From Thermovirgaceae bacterium (lineage in GTDB: Bacteria > Synergistota > Synergistia > Synergistales > Thermovirgaceae): DNA of 64,000 nt. The stretch is taken from contig JAXGNU010000007.1 of assembly GCA_040767805.1 (NCBI GenBank), positions 1 through 64,000 on the forward strand, written 5' to 3'. This document shows positions 9,678 to 20,157 of this stretch, in pieces; the stretch's first letter is position 1, and the number at the start of each line of letters is the position of its first letter. The translations under genes and the position numbers were made by a program. The notes beneath the pieces are model-generated. The model did no database searches. It saw nothing but the letters and a program-made list of their open reading frames with translations, and was not told the origin of the DNA.

Positions 9678-11107
9678 ATGACCAGGTACGTTTGCATTCA
9701 TTTTATCAACCGCGAGGAGGACCCCGGACGGGGAGGGTGGGGCGCCAGGAGAGCGCGCTGCCCTACCACGACTGGAATGAGCGGGTGACCATCCAGTGCT
9801 ATGCGCCCAATGCGGCGGCGCGGCTCCTCGACGGTTCAGGGAAGGTGCGCCGGAGGCTGAACAACTATTCGAGGATGAGCTTCAACTTCGGCCCCACGCT
9901 GCTTTCATGGATGGAGGGGGCCAGCCCGGAGACCTATTCGGCCGTCCTCTCCGCCGACGGTGAGAGCGCGGGGCGCTTTTCGGGCCACGGCGGGGCCATG
10001 GCCCAGGCCTACAACCACATGATCATGCCCCTGGCGTCGGCCAGGGACAAGAGGACCCAGGTCGCCTGGGGGAAGAGGGATTTCCGGCACCGCTTCGGGC
10101 GTGACCCGGAGGGGATGTGGCTGCCCGAGACGGCAGTGGACCTGGAAACGCTGGAGGTCATGGCGAAAGCGGGGATCCTTTTCACGATCCTGGCGCCCCA
10201 CCAGGCGTCGAGGGTTCGGGAGGGGGGCGCCTGGCGCGACGTCACCGCCGAGGGACTGGACACGACGGTGCCCTACCGGTGCGAACTGCCCTCGGGGAGG
10301 AACATCGCCCTTTTCTTCTACAACGGCGCGCTGGCCCACGATATCGCCTTCGGCAACCTCCTGGAGAACGGTGGGACCTTCGCCGGCCGAATGATCGACG
10401 GGGCCCAGGGGGAGGGGGCGAGGCTCTCCCACGCGGCCGTCGACGGCGAGACCTTCGGCCACCACCGCCGCTTCGGCGAGATGGCCCTGGCCTACTGCCT
10501 GGAGACGGTGGAGGAGGGCGGCGAAGCGGAGTTGACCGTCTACGGCGAGTTCCTGGAGAAGCACCCCCCGACGGCGGCGGTGGAGATCGCCGAGAACACG
10601 TCCTGGAGCTGCGCCCACGGCGTGGAGCGGTGGAGGTTCGACTGCGGGTGCAGGGCCGGGGACCATCCCGAGTGGCGACAAGGGTGGAGGAAGCCCCTGA
10701 GGGAGTCCCTGGACCGCCTCCGGGAGGAGGTGGACCGCCTCTTTGAGGAGGCCGGGGGCGAATACTTCGGTGATCCCTGGGAGGCCCGGGACGGGTACAT
10801 CGACTCCCTCCTGGGCGGCGGAAGGCCGGAGGGGCGGGCGGAGGACCTGCTGGAGATGGAGCGATTCGCCATGCTCATGTACACCAGCTGCGGGTGGTTC
10901 TTCGACGACATCTCCAGGATCGAGACGGTCCAGGTGCTGGGTTACGCCGCCAGGGCGGCGCAGCTGGCGGGGGCGATCTCCGGAAGGGATCTCCTGGGGC
11001 CCTTTTTGAAGTCCCTGGAGGAGGTGCCTGGCAACACGGAGGAGGTCCCCAACGCCAGGAGAGCCCTGGAGGCCGCCTTCGGGGAAAGGCTTGGCATCGC
11101 CGGGTGA
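9678..11107 (+). CDS. GH57/DUF3536 glycoside hydrolase, with an indel near the 5' end
   Basis: MTRYVCIH then FYQP in another frame; PYHDWNE, WLPETAVD, DGETFGHH, SWSCAHGVERW and MYTSCGWFFDD motifs. Confidence 0.88.
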
Positions 11108-11249
11108 GGCCCGCCTCGAAGGCCCACCGCTTCACCCATGGTTCGACGCGATGTCAAGGGTGAGGGTTTGGCGCCCTTGAAATTTACGCTAAAATAAACG
11201 ATACTGCGAACGTTGGATTTGGATCACCCTATACAAGGAGGGAAGCTTC

Positions 11250-11423
11250 ATGGCAAAGGCAGTAGTTGACAGGGATCTTTGTATCGGTTGCGAAGCTTGC
11301 GTGGGGACCTGCCCCGTGTCGGCCATCAGCATGGAGGAGGGGAAGGCCCAGGTTGACCCCGATACCTGCATCGAGTGCGGTGCCTGCGTGGCGGTCTGCC
11401 CCGTGAGTGCTATTTCCCAGTAG
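11250..11423 (+). CDS. 57-aa 2x[4Fe-4S] ferredoxin (not in the ORF track)
   Basis: MAKAVVDRDLCIGCEACVGTCPVSAISMEEGKAQVDPDTCIECGACVAVCPVSAISQ; AAGGAGG RBS. Confidence 0.95.
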   Translation: MAKAVVDRDLCIGCEACVGTCPVSAISMEEGKAQVDPDTCIECGACVAVCPVSAISQ

Positions 11424-11444
11424 TTGACGGGGTAACGTTCTTTC

Positions 11445-11482
11445 GAGGGGCGCTTCCCCAGGGAAGGGGCCCCTCTTTTTTT
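11445..11482 (+). terminator. Rho-independent terminator after the ferredoxin gene
   Basis: gaggggcgcttccc/ggaaggggcccctc hairpin followed by a T7 run. Confidence 0.7.
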
Positions 11483-11503
11483 ATCTTTCGAGGGATACTG
11501 CCC

Positions 11504-11863
11504 ATGCCGACTGAAAGGACCGTCCGATGGCTGAGGTTTGCCTGGGTGGCGGGCATCGCGGCCTTTTTGGTGATATCGATCATGCCCTTGAGCCGGTCGC
11601 CCCTCCCGGAGGTGGCGATGGCCGACAAAGCGGCGCACTTCGGGGTCTTTCTCATCCTGGCGCTCTTCCCTACGGCCGGTGAAGCTCTCAGGACCAGGAC
11701 GGTAGTGGTGGTGCTCGTCCTCCTGGCCCTGGCCTCGGAGGGACTTCAGGCGATGGTGCCCTTCAGGAGCTGCGAGGCCGCCGATATAGCGGCCGACCTG
11801 CTGGGTATGCTTTCCGGGATCGCCCTGGGTGCTTTTCTTTCGGGTTTCCGGCAGCGGTTATAA
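11504..11863 (+). CDS. VanZ-family membrane protein
   Basis: DKAAHF, SEGLQAMVPFRS and DIAADLLG motifs. Confidence 0.8.
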   Translation: MPTERTVRWLRFAWVAGIAAFLVISIMPLSRSPLPEVAMADKAAHFGVFLILALFPTAGEALRTRTVVVVLVLLALASEGLQAMVPFRSCEAADIAADLLGMLSGIALGAFLSGFRQRL

Positions 11864-11904
11864 TATTCGGCGACAATATCGATGATGAAGGTTGGTGAAG
11901 CGCC

Positions 11905-12378
11905 ATGGCAGACCAAGGCAAGTCGATCGAGCAGGAAGTCCTCGCCGTAATGGAGAGGAACCTGCAGAGTATATGGGACGGGGACGTTGCAGCATACCGG
12001 GAGACCACTTCTGACGACTGCACTTTCTTCGAGTGGTACATTTCCCCCCAGAGGATAGACGGCCTGGATTTCCACCTCAGGGAGCTACGGGTGCACCGGC
12101 TGGTGGTCGGCGGTGGCCCTACCCAGTTGGGGTCGGAGGACCATACCCTGGAGCACGAGGTCCTGACTCCCCATGTCCAGGTCTACGGGTCGACGGCGAT
12201 CGTTACCTTCACCCTCATGGTGAGGGCCGCCTCGCCGGGGAACGTGGTGCACAAGAGCCATAACGAGACCAGGGTCTTCAATAATTTCGGCACCGCGGAA
12301 AAGCCCGAGTGGAAACTGGTCCACTGCCACAAGTCGCCCATAGCCACCCCGGACAGCCTGCACGTCCTGAGGTCCTAG
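11905..12378 (+). CDS. NTF2/SnoaL-like (DUF4440, CaMKII association domain-like) protein
   Basis: GLDFH, P.VQVYG..AIVT, ETRVF and WKLVHCH.S motifs. Confidence 0.75.
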   Translation: MADQGKSIEQEVLAVMERNLQSIWDGDVAAYRETTSDDCTFFEWYISPQRIDGLDFHLRELRVHRLVVGGGPTQLGSEDHTLEHEVLTPHVQVYGSTAIVTFTLMVRAASPGNVVHKSHNETRVFNNFGTAEKPEWKLVHCHKSPIATPDSLHVLRS

Positions 12379-12393
12379 GAGGATGACAGCGCC

Positions 12394-13008
12394 ATGGGGG
12401 CCGTAAGGGACTTCCTGGCCTGTTTCAGGATGGGACTGCCTCTGCCGGTCTGCCTGGAGGGGGCCCGGGGGAGGTGCCTCGTCCATGTCTCCGACACGCC
12501 GTCGGCGTTTTACGGCGACCTGGACAAGCTCCTGGGTTACCTCGAACCTCTTTGCCTCGTCCACACGGGGGACCTGGTGGACGAGGTCAAGCTGGGCCTG
12601 AGGCCGGGGGACGACGCCCTTTTCCGGCGCAGACTGAAGGGCCTGGTGAAGGCCATGGGCAAGGTCCCGGGCGAGAGGGTCACCATCGTGGCTGGCAACC
12701 ATGACCTCGCCGGGGAGATTCACCCGGCCTTCCCCCGGGCGAAGGTCTTCGAACGGGGGGTGAGGCTGTCCCTCTGCGGGCTGGACGTGGCCCTGGCGCA
12801 CTCCCGGGAGGAACTGCCCCAGCCGCCGGCGGCCTTCAACCTCTTCGGGCACAATGCCGACGTGGTGCCCGACAGCGAGGGCGCCCGTTACCTCAACGGC
12901 GTCCTCGGGATAAACGTGATCCTCGTCGAAAGCGGTGAGGTGGCGGTGCTGCCCTATCCCCTCTACGTGGACGACGCCAGGTCCTGCAAGCGTAAAAGGG
13001 GTCTGTGA
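12394..13008 (+). CDS. Calcineurin-like metallophosphoesterase
   Basis: HVSDTP, VHTGDLVD, GNHD and FGH motifs. Confidence 0.8.
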   Translation: MGAVRDFLACFRMGLPLPVCLEGARGRCLVHVSDTPSAFYGDLDKLLGYLEPLCLVHTGDLVDEVKLGLRPGDDALFRRRLKGLVKAMGKVPGERVTIVAGNHDLAGEIHPAFPRAKVFERGVRLSLCGLDVALAHSREELPQPPAAFNLFGHNADVVPDSEGARYLNGVLGINVILVESGEVAVLPYPLYVDDARSCKRKRGL

Positions 13009-13026
13009 CCAGGGAGGGATGAGGGG

Positions 13027-14109
13027 ATGCTTTCGCTGGTGAGGGGCGGCACGAGGGGTGTGTTCCTCAGGTACAGGGACGAGTCGGTCCTGGGGGCCCT
13101 GGCTGGGGAGTTTCCCATGGAGGAGAAGCGCTACAAGGACGCGCTGGACCACTCCGACGAGGGACAGACGCTCATATTCGCCTTCAGCCGGGGCGGCCAC
13201 CTGGCGGACTCGAGGGTCTTCCTTGCCGACGTGGGGCCCACGGAGATCCTGGTCTTCCTCCTGAACGGGAAGTATTGCGACAAGGTGGACGAGGTGAGGA
13301 CCCTTCCCAGGACCATTCTCTTCAGGGTGGACGGGGACTTCCCGGAGATAATCGAGCAGATGAGGCAGGATTACGACGGGAAGGTCGGGAGGATCCCCTT
13401 CTTCCTGCGCTGGGGCGACGCCGGCGACTGGGTGGCCGTCATGTTCACCCGGAACAACCTGAACCGCCCGATCGACATGAAGGACCTCTTCCCCGAGGTG
13501 CTCTACGTGAGGATGCCCTACGAGAAACTATTCAGGAGCCTCCGGGGCAGGGCAATGTCCTACTTCAACGAGGCCCGGGGGTACGCCGACTGGAAGAACC
13601 TGGAGATCCGGGTTTACGACGTGTGGGAGAGGTACCCCCTCCAGGCGAGAAGGCTCCGCCTAGTGCTGGACGAACTGGAGATAGGCCTAGTGCTGGGCGA
13701 GGGCCGGGGGAAGGATTACGCCCGCATCCTGATGCAGCTGATCATCTACCGGTTCCAGCTGGCCACCTTCCTGGAGCCCGAGCAGGTGAAGGGTATGCTC
13801 ATGGGGATGGAGTACGGTGCCTCGGGGAAGCGCCTGGTGGACCTGGACCTTTTCGAGGGGAAGAAGAAGTACAGCTGGGGCGCCAGGGCCGAAAAAGGCG
13901 AGGACCGGGCGAAGGCCGGCGCCAGGTTCAGGGAGAGCCTGATGGAGGGGCTGCTGCCCTCCACGAGGGAGGAACTGGCCAGGATAGAGAAGGAGATGGA
14001 AGGGCTGGAACGGTTGGATCCTTTAGAAAAGCGTGAATCGCAAGTGCCGCGAGTTGTAAGGGCCGTTAATCGTGAATCGAAGGGGCAAGGCCAAATTTTA
14101 AGAGCGTAA
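13027..14109 (+). CDS. Hypothetical protein (C-terminal part weakly CitX-like)
   Basis: 360-aa ORF with RBS and host-like codon usage; last ~25 codons run into the repeat element. Confidence 0.7.
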   Translation: MLSLVRGGTRGVFLRYRDESVLGALAGEFPMEEKRYKDALDHSDEGQTLIFAFSRGGHLADSRVFLADVGPTEILVFLLNGKYCDKVDEVRTLPRTILFRVDGDFPEIIEQMRQDYDGKVGRIPFFLRWGDAGDWVAVMFTRNNLNRPIDMKDLFPEVLYVRMPYEKLFRSLRGRAMSYFNEARGYADWKNLEIRVYDVWERYPLQARRLRLVLDELEIGLVLGEGRGKDYARILMQLIIYRFQLATFLEPEQVKGMLMGMEYGASGKRLVDLDLFEGKKKYSWGARAEKGEDRAKAGARFRESLMEGLLPSTREELARIEKEMEGLERLDPLEKRESQVPRVVRAVNRESKGQGQILRA

Positions 14110-14505
14110 GACGTGAGACGGGAGACGAAAAACCAAGAAACAAGGAGACAGGCGTCAGGCAACGGGCGGCAGGAAGGGCAAGGACAAAGGCGAAAAGTAA
14201 AAGAGCGTGAGAAGTTAGACGTTAGACGTAAAAGAAAGGCGCAGGCAATACGAAAAACGAAGGGCATGGATCGGCAGAACCAAAGTGTTCCCGGTACCAT
14301 GCCCTTGAGTTTTCCGCAGGCTGTCGCCTTATGTCTGCTTTTTTATGGCCTTGAGTTCTTTCTGCCTCCTGACGACTGTTTCCTGTCGCCTTGTTTTCGG
14401 TTTTTCGCTCTTCCAATTTTGTTGGTTTTGCCCCTTCGATTCGATTTACGATTCACGTATTTTGCCCTTCCTGTATACAAATGCTCAAATTCAAGGTCTG
14501 ACCCC
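14031..14505. repeat. Composite intergenic repeat: heptamer arrays plus REP-like terminus at 14472-14505
   Basis: AATCGTG and AGACGT arrays; tgtatacaaatgctcaaattcaaggtctgacccc. Confidence 0.75.
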
Positions 14506-14510
14506 AAAGG

Positions 14511-15399
14511 CTAGAGGGAGGTCCAGCTCTTGAAGCCGCGGCCGAGACCCTCCGAGGCGTCGGAGACAATCATGAAGGCCTTGGGGTCGTTGACAGAAAG
14601 GTGGCGCTTCAGTTCGACCGTCTGCCGCGGGGTCAGGACGCAGAGCAGGGCCGGGCGCTCCTGGTGGGTGAAGCCGCCCTCGCCGTGAAGGATCGTGACG
14701 CCCCGGCGAAGTTCGCCGGTGATGAAGTCGGCCGTCTCCCTGGGATGGTTGCTGATGATGATGACCTGCCTCCTCCAGGTCGAAGGAGCGCAGGACGTTG
14801 TCAGTCAGCAGGCCGTTGACGAAAGATGCTGGCTTGAGCCCGTAGACGGCCCCTCGAGCCCGATGATGAAGACCGACGCCCCGGATGACCCGGTTAATAT
14901 AGAAGGAGAAGCGCCCCACCTCGATCCCGTAGCGCTTCCTGAGGGCCACCACCAGCACGTCGGTGCCGCCCAGGGAGCTCCCCGACCGCAGCACCAGCCC
15001 GCCCCCCAGCCCCTTGATGACCCCGGCGAGGATCGCCACCAGGAGCAGCTCGTTGAGCTGGGGGTGGGGCATGCTCTCCATGACTTTGAGGAGCGCCGTC
15101 ATGAGGCCCACGGCGTAGACGGTCCACCCCACGAAGCGGAGAGACAGTTCCTTGAGCCCCCAGGCGAGGAGGATGACGTTGCCCACCCCCACCACCCACG
15201 CCGGTGAGATGCCGAAGGCGTAGTTGGTGAGGACGGCTACCCCCGCCACGCCCGCGGTGGGGAGGCGGTAGGGGAGCGTCAGTGCCATGATGCCGAAGGA
15301 GACCAGGAAGGTGCCGAAGGACACGAGGGCAAACGTCGGCAGCTCCCTCCGGATCGTCGACGCGGCCTGGTTCACGTATTTTACGGGGTCCCATCTCAT
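14511..15399 (-). pseudogene. YitT-family membrane protein with frameshifts in the 3' third (possibly assembly errors)
   Basis: N-terminus MRWDPVKY...GSSLGGTDV; C-terminus DPKAFMIVSDASE.LGRGFK lies in another frame. Confidence 0.8.
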
Positions 15400-15501
15400 G
15401 GGATAGAGTATAATCCCTCCGTGCGGGGCATCAAAGCCCGTGGGTTGCCCACGTGTTACAATGGGGCTGATTCCGTAGCAAAGGGGGATTTGGGGAAAAA
15501 A

Positions 15502-15942
15502 ATGCAGATGCCGATGCAGATAAGTCTTGACGAGGTGCTGTCCATGCTCCTGGCCAGGGTGGACAGCCTGGCCTTCAACGATGAGAACCTCAAGACGAAG
15601 TTCAACATCCTGGCCAGGGCCATGTACCGCAAGGGCCTGATCTCCGATGAGGACATCGTCGATTCCATCAGGGAGGAGCACAGGATCCTCGCCGACCTGG
15701 GCCTCATCCAGGCGGGCCCCGCCGACGACGTGATCCGTACCGTCGCCGAGGGGATACTCCAATGGGTCAAGGGCGACGCGGCGGCCATCAAGAAAGCCAT
15801 GGAGGATTACGAGAAGAAGCTGCAGGAACTGGCGAAGCAGCAGGCGGAGAAGCCGAAGATCGACGTGGCTTCGCCGGCGGTCCTCCAGCAACTGGACATG
15901 CTCAGCGGTAAGGGCAAGGGGAAGAGCAAGCTCATCTACTGA
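15502..15942 (+). CDS. Hypothetical helical protein
   Basis: Host-like codon usage; followed by a terminator. Confidence 0.75.
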   Translation: MQMPMQISLDEVLSMLLARVDSLAFNDENLKTKFNILARAMYRKGLISDEDIVDSIREEHRILADLGLIQAGPADDVIRTVAEGILQWVKGDAAAIKKAMEDYEKKLQELAKQQAEKPKIDVASPAVLQQLDMLSGKGKGKSKLIY

Positions 15943-15959
15943 CCTTGACCTCGCTTCGG

Positions 15960-15991
15960 AAGGGTCCCGGCGAATGCCGGGACCCTTTTTC
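15960..15991 (+). terminator. Rho-independent terminator
   Basis: aagggtcccggc-gaat-gccgggaccctt hairpin followed by T run. Confidence 0.8.
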
Positions 15992-16016
15992 ATAAGGGCC
16001 GCCGGCGCGGCGAGGG

Positions 16017-16808
16017 GTGGTGCGGTTGGCTCCGGTCTTTTCGGTCATCTTCGTCCTTTTCTCGGCCCTCCTGGGGGCTTCCATGGGTTCCTTCCTCAAC
16101 GTGGTGGCTTCAAGGACCGTGGAGGGCCGTCCCTGGTGGGGGGGCGAACGCTCCCGGTGCGATAGCTGCGGCAAGGTGCTGTCCGCCGTGGAACTGGTAC
16201 CGCTGTTGTCCTGGTTGGCCTTCTCCGGAAGGTGCCGCTCCTGCGGGGCGAAGGTCCCCGCGAGGTACCTGCTGGTGGAGGTCTTCGGGGCCGCGATGGG
16301 CGGCCTCATAGCCTGGAAGTGGGGCCCCTCGGCGACGGCGGCCTTCGCAGCCGTGGTGGCCGCGGGGCTCTTCCTTAACGCCCTGACGGACCTCTACAGC
16401 GGCTATGTCTACGATCTCCTCGCCTGGGGGCTCGGCATCGCCGGGCTGGCACTGCGGGTCTTCGGGGGGTGGGGCGCCCTGGCCGACGGCCTGCTGGGTG
16501 CGGGTCTGGGGTTCGCTGTCATAGCGGTGATCATCATCGTCAGCCGGGGAGGCATGGGCTGGGGCGACGCCAGCTTGGCGGCCGGGATGGGGGCCGCCCT
16601 GGGGTGGCGCCTGGCGGCCTGGGGCCTCTACACGGGTTTCATGATGGGAGGCCTGACGGCTCTGGCCCTGCTCCTCTCGCGGAGGGTCAGGCGAAAGGAC
16701 CCCATTCCCCTGGGGCCGTTCCTGGCGGCGGGAGGGGTCCTGTCGATGCTGACGGGGTCATGGTTTTTCTCGTACCTCGGTATGGCGCCGGGCTGGCCCT
16801 GGGGTTAG
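16017..16808 (+). CDS. A24 prepilin peptidase
   Basis: GSFLNVV, SRCDSC, GRCRSC, GMGWGD and PLGPFL motifs. Confidence 0.9.
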   Translation: MVRLAPVFSVIFVLFSALLGASMGSFLNVVASRTVEGRPWWGGERSRCDSCGKVLSAVELVPLLSWLAFSGRCRSCGAKVPARYLLVEVFGAAMGGLIAWKWGPSATAAFAAVVAAGLFLNALTDLYSGYVYDLLAWGLGIAGLALRVFGGWGALADGLLGAGLGFAVIAVIIIVSRGGMGWGDASLAAGMGAALGWRLAAWGLYTGFMMGGLTALALLLSRRVRRKDPIPLGPFLAAGGVLSMLTGSWFFSYLGMAPGWPWG

Positions 16809-17581
16809 AAAAGCGTCCGGCCCAGGTAGGAGGAGATAAGTTCCAGGGGCTTTAGGGAGGGGAGCCCCCTGTAGTTGCGGAAGGCGTGGTCCGCCCCCTC
16901 GATGACGACGAAGCCCTTTCTTTCCGGCGGCAGGGGGGCCGCCTCCACCAGGGCCCGGCAGTCCTCCTCGCTGAAGGTGGAGTCCAGCGTGCCCCAGAAG
17001 GAGATGAGCCTGCCCGCTTTCATCCGGCCCGCGGCCTCGGCCAGTAGCCGGCCGTCGGGCATGGTGTCGAGGATCGGTAGGTCCAGGGCGAGTTCCGCCT
17101 CGGGGCGGACCCTCAACCCCGAACCGGCCAGGATGATGCCGGCGGGGGTGAAGGAGAGGGAACCGTCGCCGGCGGCGAGGACGGCGTGGATTCCCCCGAG
17201 GGAGAACCCGAAGGGCCATACCCTGCCGGGTGCGGCTTCAGCGGCGGCCGCCTCGATGCCCGCCACAGCGTCGGCGTGGTCCTGGCGGAAGGTCTTGCCC
17301 CGGAAGGCTTCGTGGGCCCAGGCCTCCCTGTCCTCGCAGAAGGTCTCCCGGTCCCGCCTCCGGCGGCTCGTCTCCACGATGGCGCACTTGGCCCCGAGTT
17401 CGAGGAGCATCCGGGCGAGGTCGCCGTACTTGTTCCCCGGGGCCGGGCCGGCGCACCCGTGGACACCGTGGAGAAGTACCACCAGGGGGGCGTCGGCGGG
17501 GGTCCCCGACCCTTCCATGATATGGACGGGGACGAGGCCGTCCCCGAAAGTCCCGGGCGCGTCTAGTCTTTTTGTCTCCAG
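16805..17581 (-). CDS. Alpha/beta hydrolase (probable CTG start at 17581; first ATG at 17518)
   Basis: VLLHG, GFSLGG nucleophile elbow, D and GADH triad candidates. Confidence 0.8.
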   Translation of the reverse strand: METKRLDAPGTFGDGLVPVHIMEGSGTPADAPLVVLLHGVHGCAGPAPGNKYGDLARMLLELGAKCAIVETSRRRRDRETFCEDREAWAHEAFRGKTFRQDHADAVAGIEAAAAEAAPGRVWPFGFSLGGIHAVLAAGDGSLSFTPAGIILAGSGLRVRPEAELALDLPILDTMPDGRLLAEAAGRMKAGRLISFWGTLDSTFSEEDCRALVEAAPLPPERKGFVVIEGADHAFRNYRGLPSLKPLELISSYLGRTLF

Positions 17582-17679
17582 GTCCAGGGCCCCTTTCCTA
17601 ATTTAGTATGGCTCTTTGGGCACCTAGAGTTTATCATAGGGACGAGGCGAAGCACTTACCACGGGGAGGCGTTCCGATC

Positions 17680-19047
17680 GTGACCGACGTCTGCGACTGG
17701 CTCAGGGAGAGGGACCTGGAAGGGGTCTGCGGGGATATCCTGGAACAGATATCCATGCCGCTGATCGCGGGGAGCATCGTCGAGGAACGGCTGGTGGTGG
17801 AGTCGGTCAACAGTTTTTTCTGCGACCTCATCGGCACGGCCTGCCCGGAACTGCCGGAGGCGCTGGACGTCCTTCTTTCCGGGCTGCCGGGGCCCAAGGA
17901 CCTGGAACCCCTCCTGAGGGCGGCATCGGTGAAGGGATGGAAGACCTTGTGTTGGTCCCTGGTCCCCGGGGAGATGGAGCTTGATCTCAGCTGCTGGAGC
18001 GACGGTGAGCGTTTCGTGGCCTTCTTCCACGACCTGTCCCCCCACGAGTTCCACCGCAGGCTCCTGGGTATGGGGGAGCGCCTCACCCAGGCCCTCGGGC
18101 TCTTCGACGCGAAGGGCACCATACCCCAGTTGCTCCTGGAGCTGGTGGAGCACATGGGGGTTGACTGGGCCGGCATCTTCGTCTGGGACGGGGTCGGGCA
18201 GAGGTGGATGCTCTCCCTGGAGGAGGCCGACCCCGGGGAGTACGGGCTCGACGAGAAGCAAAGCGCCCTCACCTTCGCTAGGAAACTGTCCGAGGCGCAG
18301 GGGGGGCCCTTCGGCCACCAGTTCGGCGGCCTGGCAGTCCAGGAGGGGTCGAGATGGTGGGTCCCCTGGGCCTGCGAGGGGCGCGAGTGGGAACCCCTGA
18401 TGACGGAAGCGGGCTTCGGGTCGCTCTTCTGCGGGGTGCTGCTGACCGGCTCGGCGCCGGCGGTCCTCCTCTGCCTCGCCAGGGCCGGCGGGGTCTTCGC
18501 GAAGATAAACAGGGACGTGATGGAGGCCCTTTGGCCGGTGTTCCTCTCCTCGGCCGAGAGGAACCGTGCCGTGGAGGGGATCACCAGGCTTTACCCCCGC
18601 GACCCCGTATCGGGCCTTTTCGCCCGGGACTTGACCCTGGGGCTCATGAAGGTGGAGATGGACCGTTCCAGGCGCTACGGGTACCCCCTCACGGCCATGG
18701 CGGTGGAGATCACCAACCTTGACCGGGTCTGGGCCACCGGCGGCGAGGAGGCCGTCGCCGAGACGGTCCAGGTGCTCTCCCGGGAGGTGCTGAAAAACCT
18801 CAGGAGCGTGGATATCAGCGGGCGTGTGGACGACGGCCAAATCGTCGTCCTGCTGCCCCATACGCCCTTCGAGGGCGCCGAGGTGGTCTCCGGGAGGATA
18901 AGGTCCCGGCTGGGGGCGATATCGCCGTCGCAGAGCCTGCCGGTGGAGACGGAAGTGAGGATCGCGATCAGGGACGAAGACTGCAAGGAGCCCGAAGACC
19001 TTCTCGCCCGGCTCGGTTTCACGGGCGCCGGCCAGGGGTCCTCATGA
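17680..19047 (+). CDS. Sensor protein with a degenerate GGDEF domain
   Basis: DPVSGLFAR, E.DRSRRY..PL and RSVD...RVDDGQIVVLLP. Confidence 0.75.
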   Translation: MTDVCDWLRERDLEGVCGDILEQISMPLIAGSIVEERLVVESVNSFFCDLIGTACPELPEALDVLLSGLPGPKDLEPLLRAASVKGWKTLCWSLVPGEMELDLSCWSDGERFVAFFHDLSPHEFHRRLLGMGERLTQALGLFDAKGTIPQLLLELVEHMGVDWAGIFVWDGVGQRWMLSLEEADPGEYGLDEKQSALTFARKLSEAQGGPFGHQFGGLAVQEGSRWWVPWACEGREWEPLMTEAGFGSLFCGVLLTGSAPAVLLCLARAGGVFAKINRDVMEALWPVFLSSAERNRAVEGITRLYPRDPVSGLFARDLTLGLMKVEMDRSRRYGYPLTAMAVEITNLDRVWATGGEEAVAETVQVLSREVLKNLRSVDISGRVDDGQIVVLLPHTPFEGAEVVSGRIRSRLGAISPSQSLPVETEVRIAIRDEDCKEPEDLLARLGFTGAGQGSS

Positions 19048-20157
19048 CAGGTTGGAAAGCCCCGACAGGAACTCCACGGCCCTTTCCAGGTCTTCCGGGG
19101 GAGGCACTCTGAGCCTGACGGCCGAATCGTCGAGGTCCAGGTAGGCGGACCCCGGTTCGCTGTCGATCCCCAGGCCGGCCAGGATCTCGAAAAGGTTTCC
19201 CCTCCTCCGGCGGGCCATCATGATCGGCGTAGAGGGGTGGGTGACGGCCACCTCCATATCCCTGCCGCCCGCCAGGGCGCCCAGCATGGCCTCCTTGGCC
19301 CTTTTCACGTAAGCCTTCGTCAATTCAAGGAATTCCGAATCTCCCAGGGCCGCCATCGCCGTCTTGATGCCCGGGAGGCTCACACCGAAGGGGCGCTGGA
19401 GCAGTTGGTAGATCTGGAGCAGTTCCGGGTCGCCGATGACGCCGTAGCCGACGCGCATGCCGGCCAGGCCCCAGGCCTTGGAGAAGGATCGGGTGACGAT
19501 GCAGTTGGGGTGCTTTATGGCCACGGCGGACTCTTCCAAGGGAAGGTAGTCCCCGTAGGCCTCGTCGACGATGACCCAGCACCCCCTCTCGAGACACTCG
19601 GCCACGACCGTCTCGAGGTCCCGCAAGGGGAGGACCTGCCCCGTGGGGTTGTGGGGCCTGTCGATGAAAAGGACGTGGGGGCGCAGCCTGGCGGCCCTCA
19701 TCCAGGCCTCGAGGCCCGCCTCGAAGCGGGGCCCCTTGAGGAGCACCGGGTGGTAGCGGACGCTGCCCTGCATTGCCTGGAGTGGCATGTCGGTGAACTG
19801 GGGGGAGACGCCCGAAAGGAGGGAGCCCGGCGGGAGTAGCAGTCGGGTGAGGGTCACGAGCACGTCCATTGACCCCTGCCCCAGGACGATCCTGTCCGCC
19901 AGCCCTTCGTCCCCCAGGTAGCGGGCGATGGCCGCCGTCAGGTCCTTGGCCACCGGCGGCGGGTAGTCGCCGATGTTCCAATCCCCGCAGGAGCCCAGCA
20001 GTTCCCTGACGGCCGGCGGGATCCCCAGGGGGTTGGTGCCGAGCCCGCAGTTCACCAGGGACGGACTGGGGAGGCGGTGGAGTTGGCTTTTGCTCCTCCG
20101 CGCGAAACTTTCCTGGGTCATTTCAAGGATATGTCTCGGGAGCCTGCCCTTCCACAA
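19042..20157 (-). CDS. PLP-dependent aminotransferase class I/II (HisC-like)
   Basis: PHNPTG, VDEAYGDY and RSFSKAWGLAGMRVGY motifs; TTG start after AGGAGG. Confidence 0.88.
   Translation of the reverse strand: MWKGRLPRHILEMTQESFARRSKSQLHRLPSPSLVNCGLGTNPLGIPPAVRELLGSCGDWNIGDYPPPVAKDLTAAIARYLGDEGLADRIVLGQGSMDVLVTLTRLLLPPGSLLSGVSPQFTDMPLQAMQGSVRYHPVLLKGPRFEAGLEAWMRAARLRPHVLFIDRPHNPTGQVLPLRDLETVVAECLERGCWVIVDEAYGDYLPLEESAVAIKHPNCIVTRSFSKAWGLAGMRVGYGVIGDPELLQIYQLLQRPFGVSLPGIKTAMAALGDSEFLELTKAYVKRAKEAMLGALAGGRDMEVAVTHPSTPIMMARRRRGNLFEILAGLGIDSEPGSAYLDLDDSAVRLRVPPPEDLERAVEFLSGLSNLS

Noticed and set aside
14491..15993. 500-aa minus-strand ORF as a single gene
   Set aside because: Chimera of the antisense of the 15502 gene, the yitT N-terminus and an out-of-frame yitT tail
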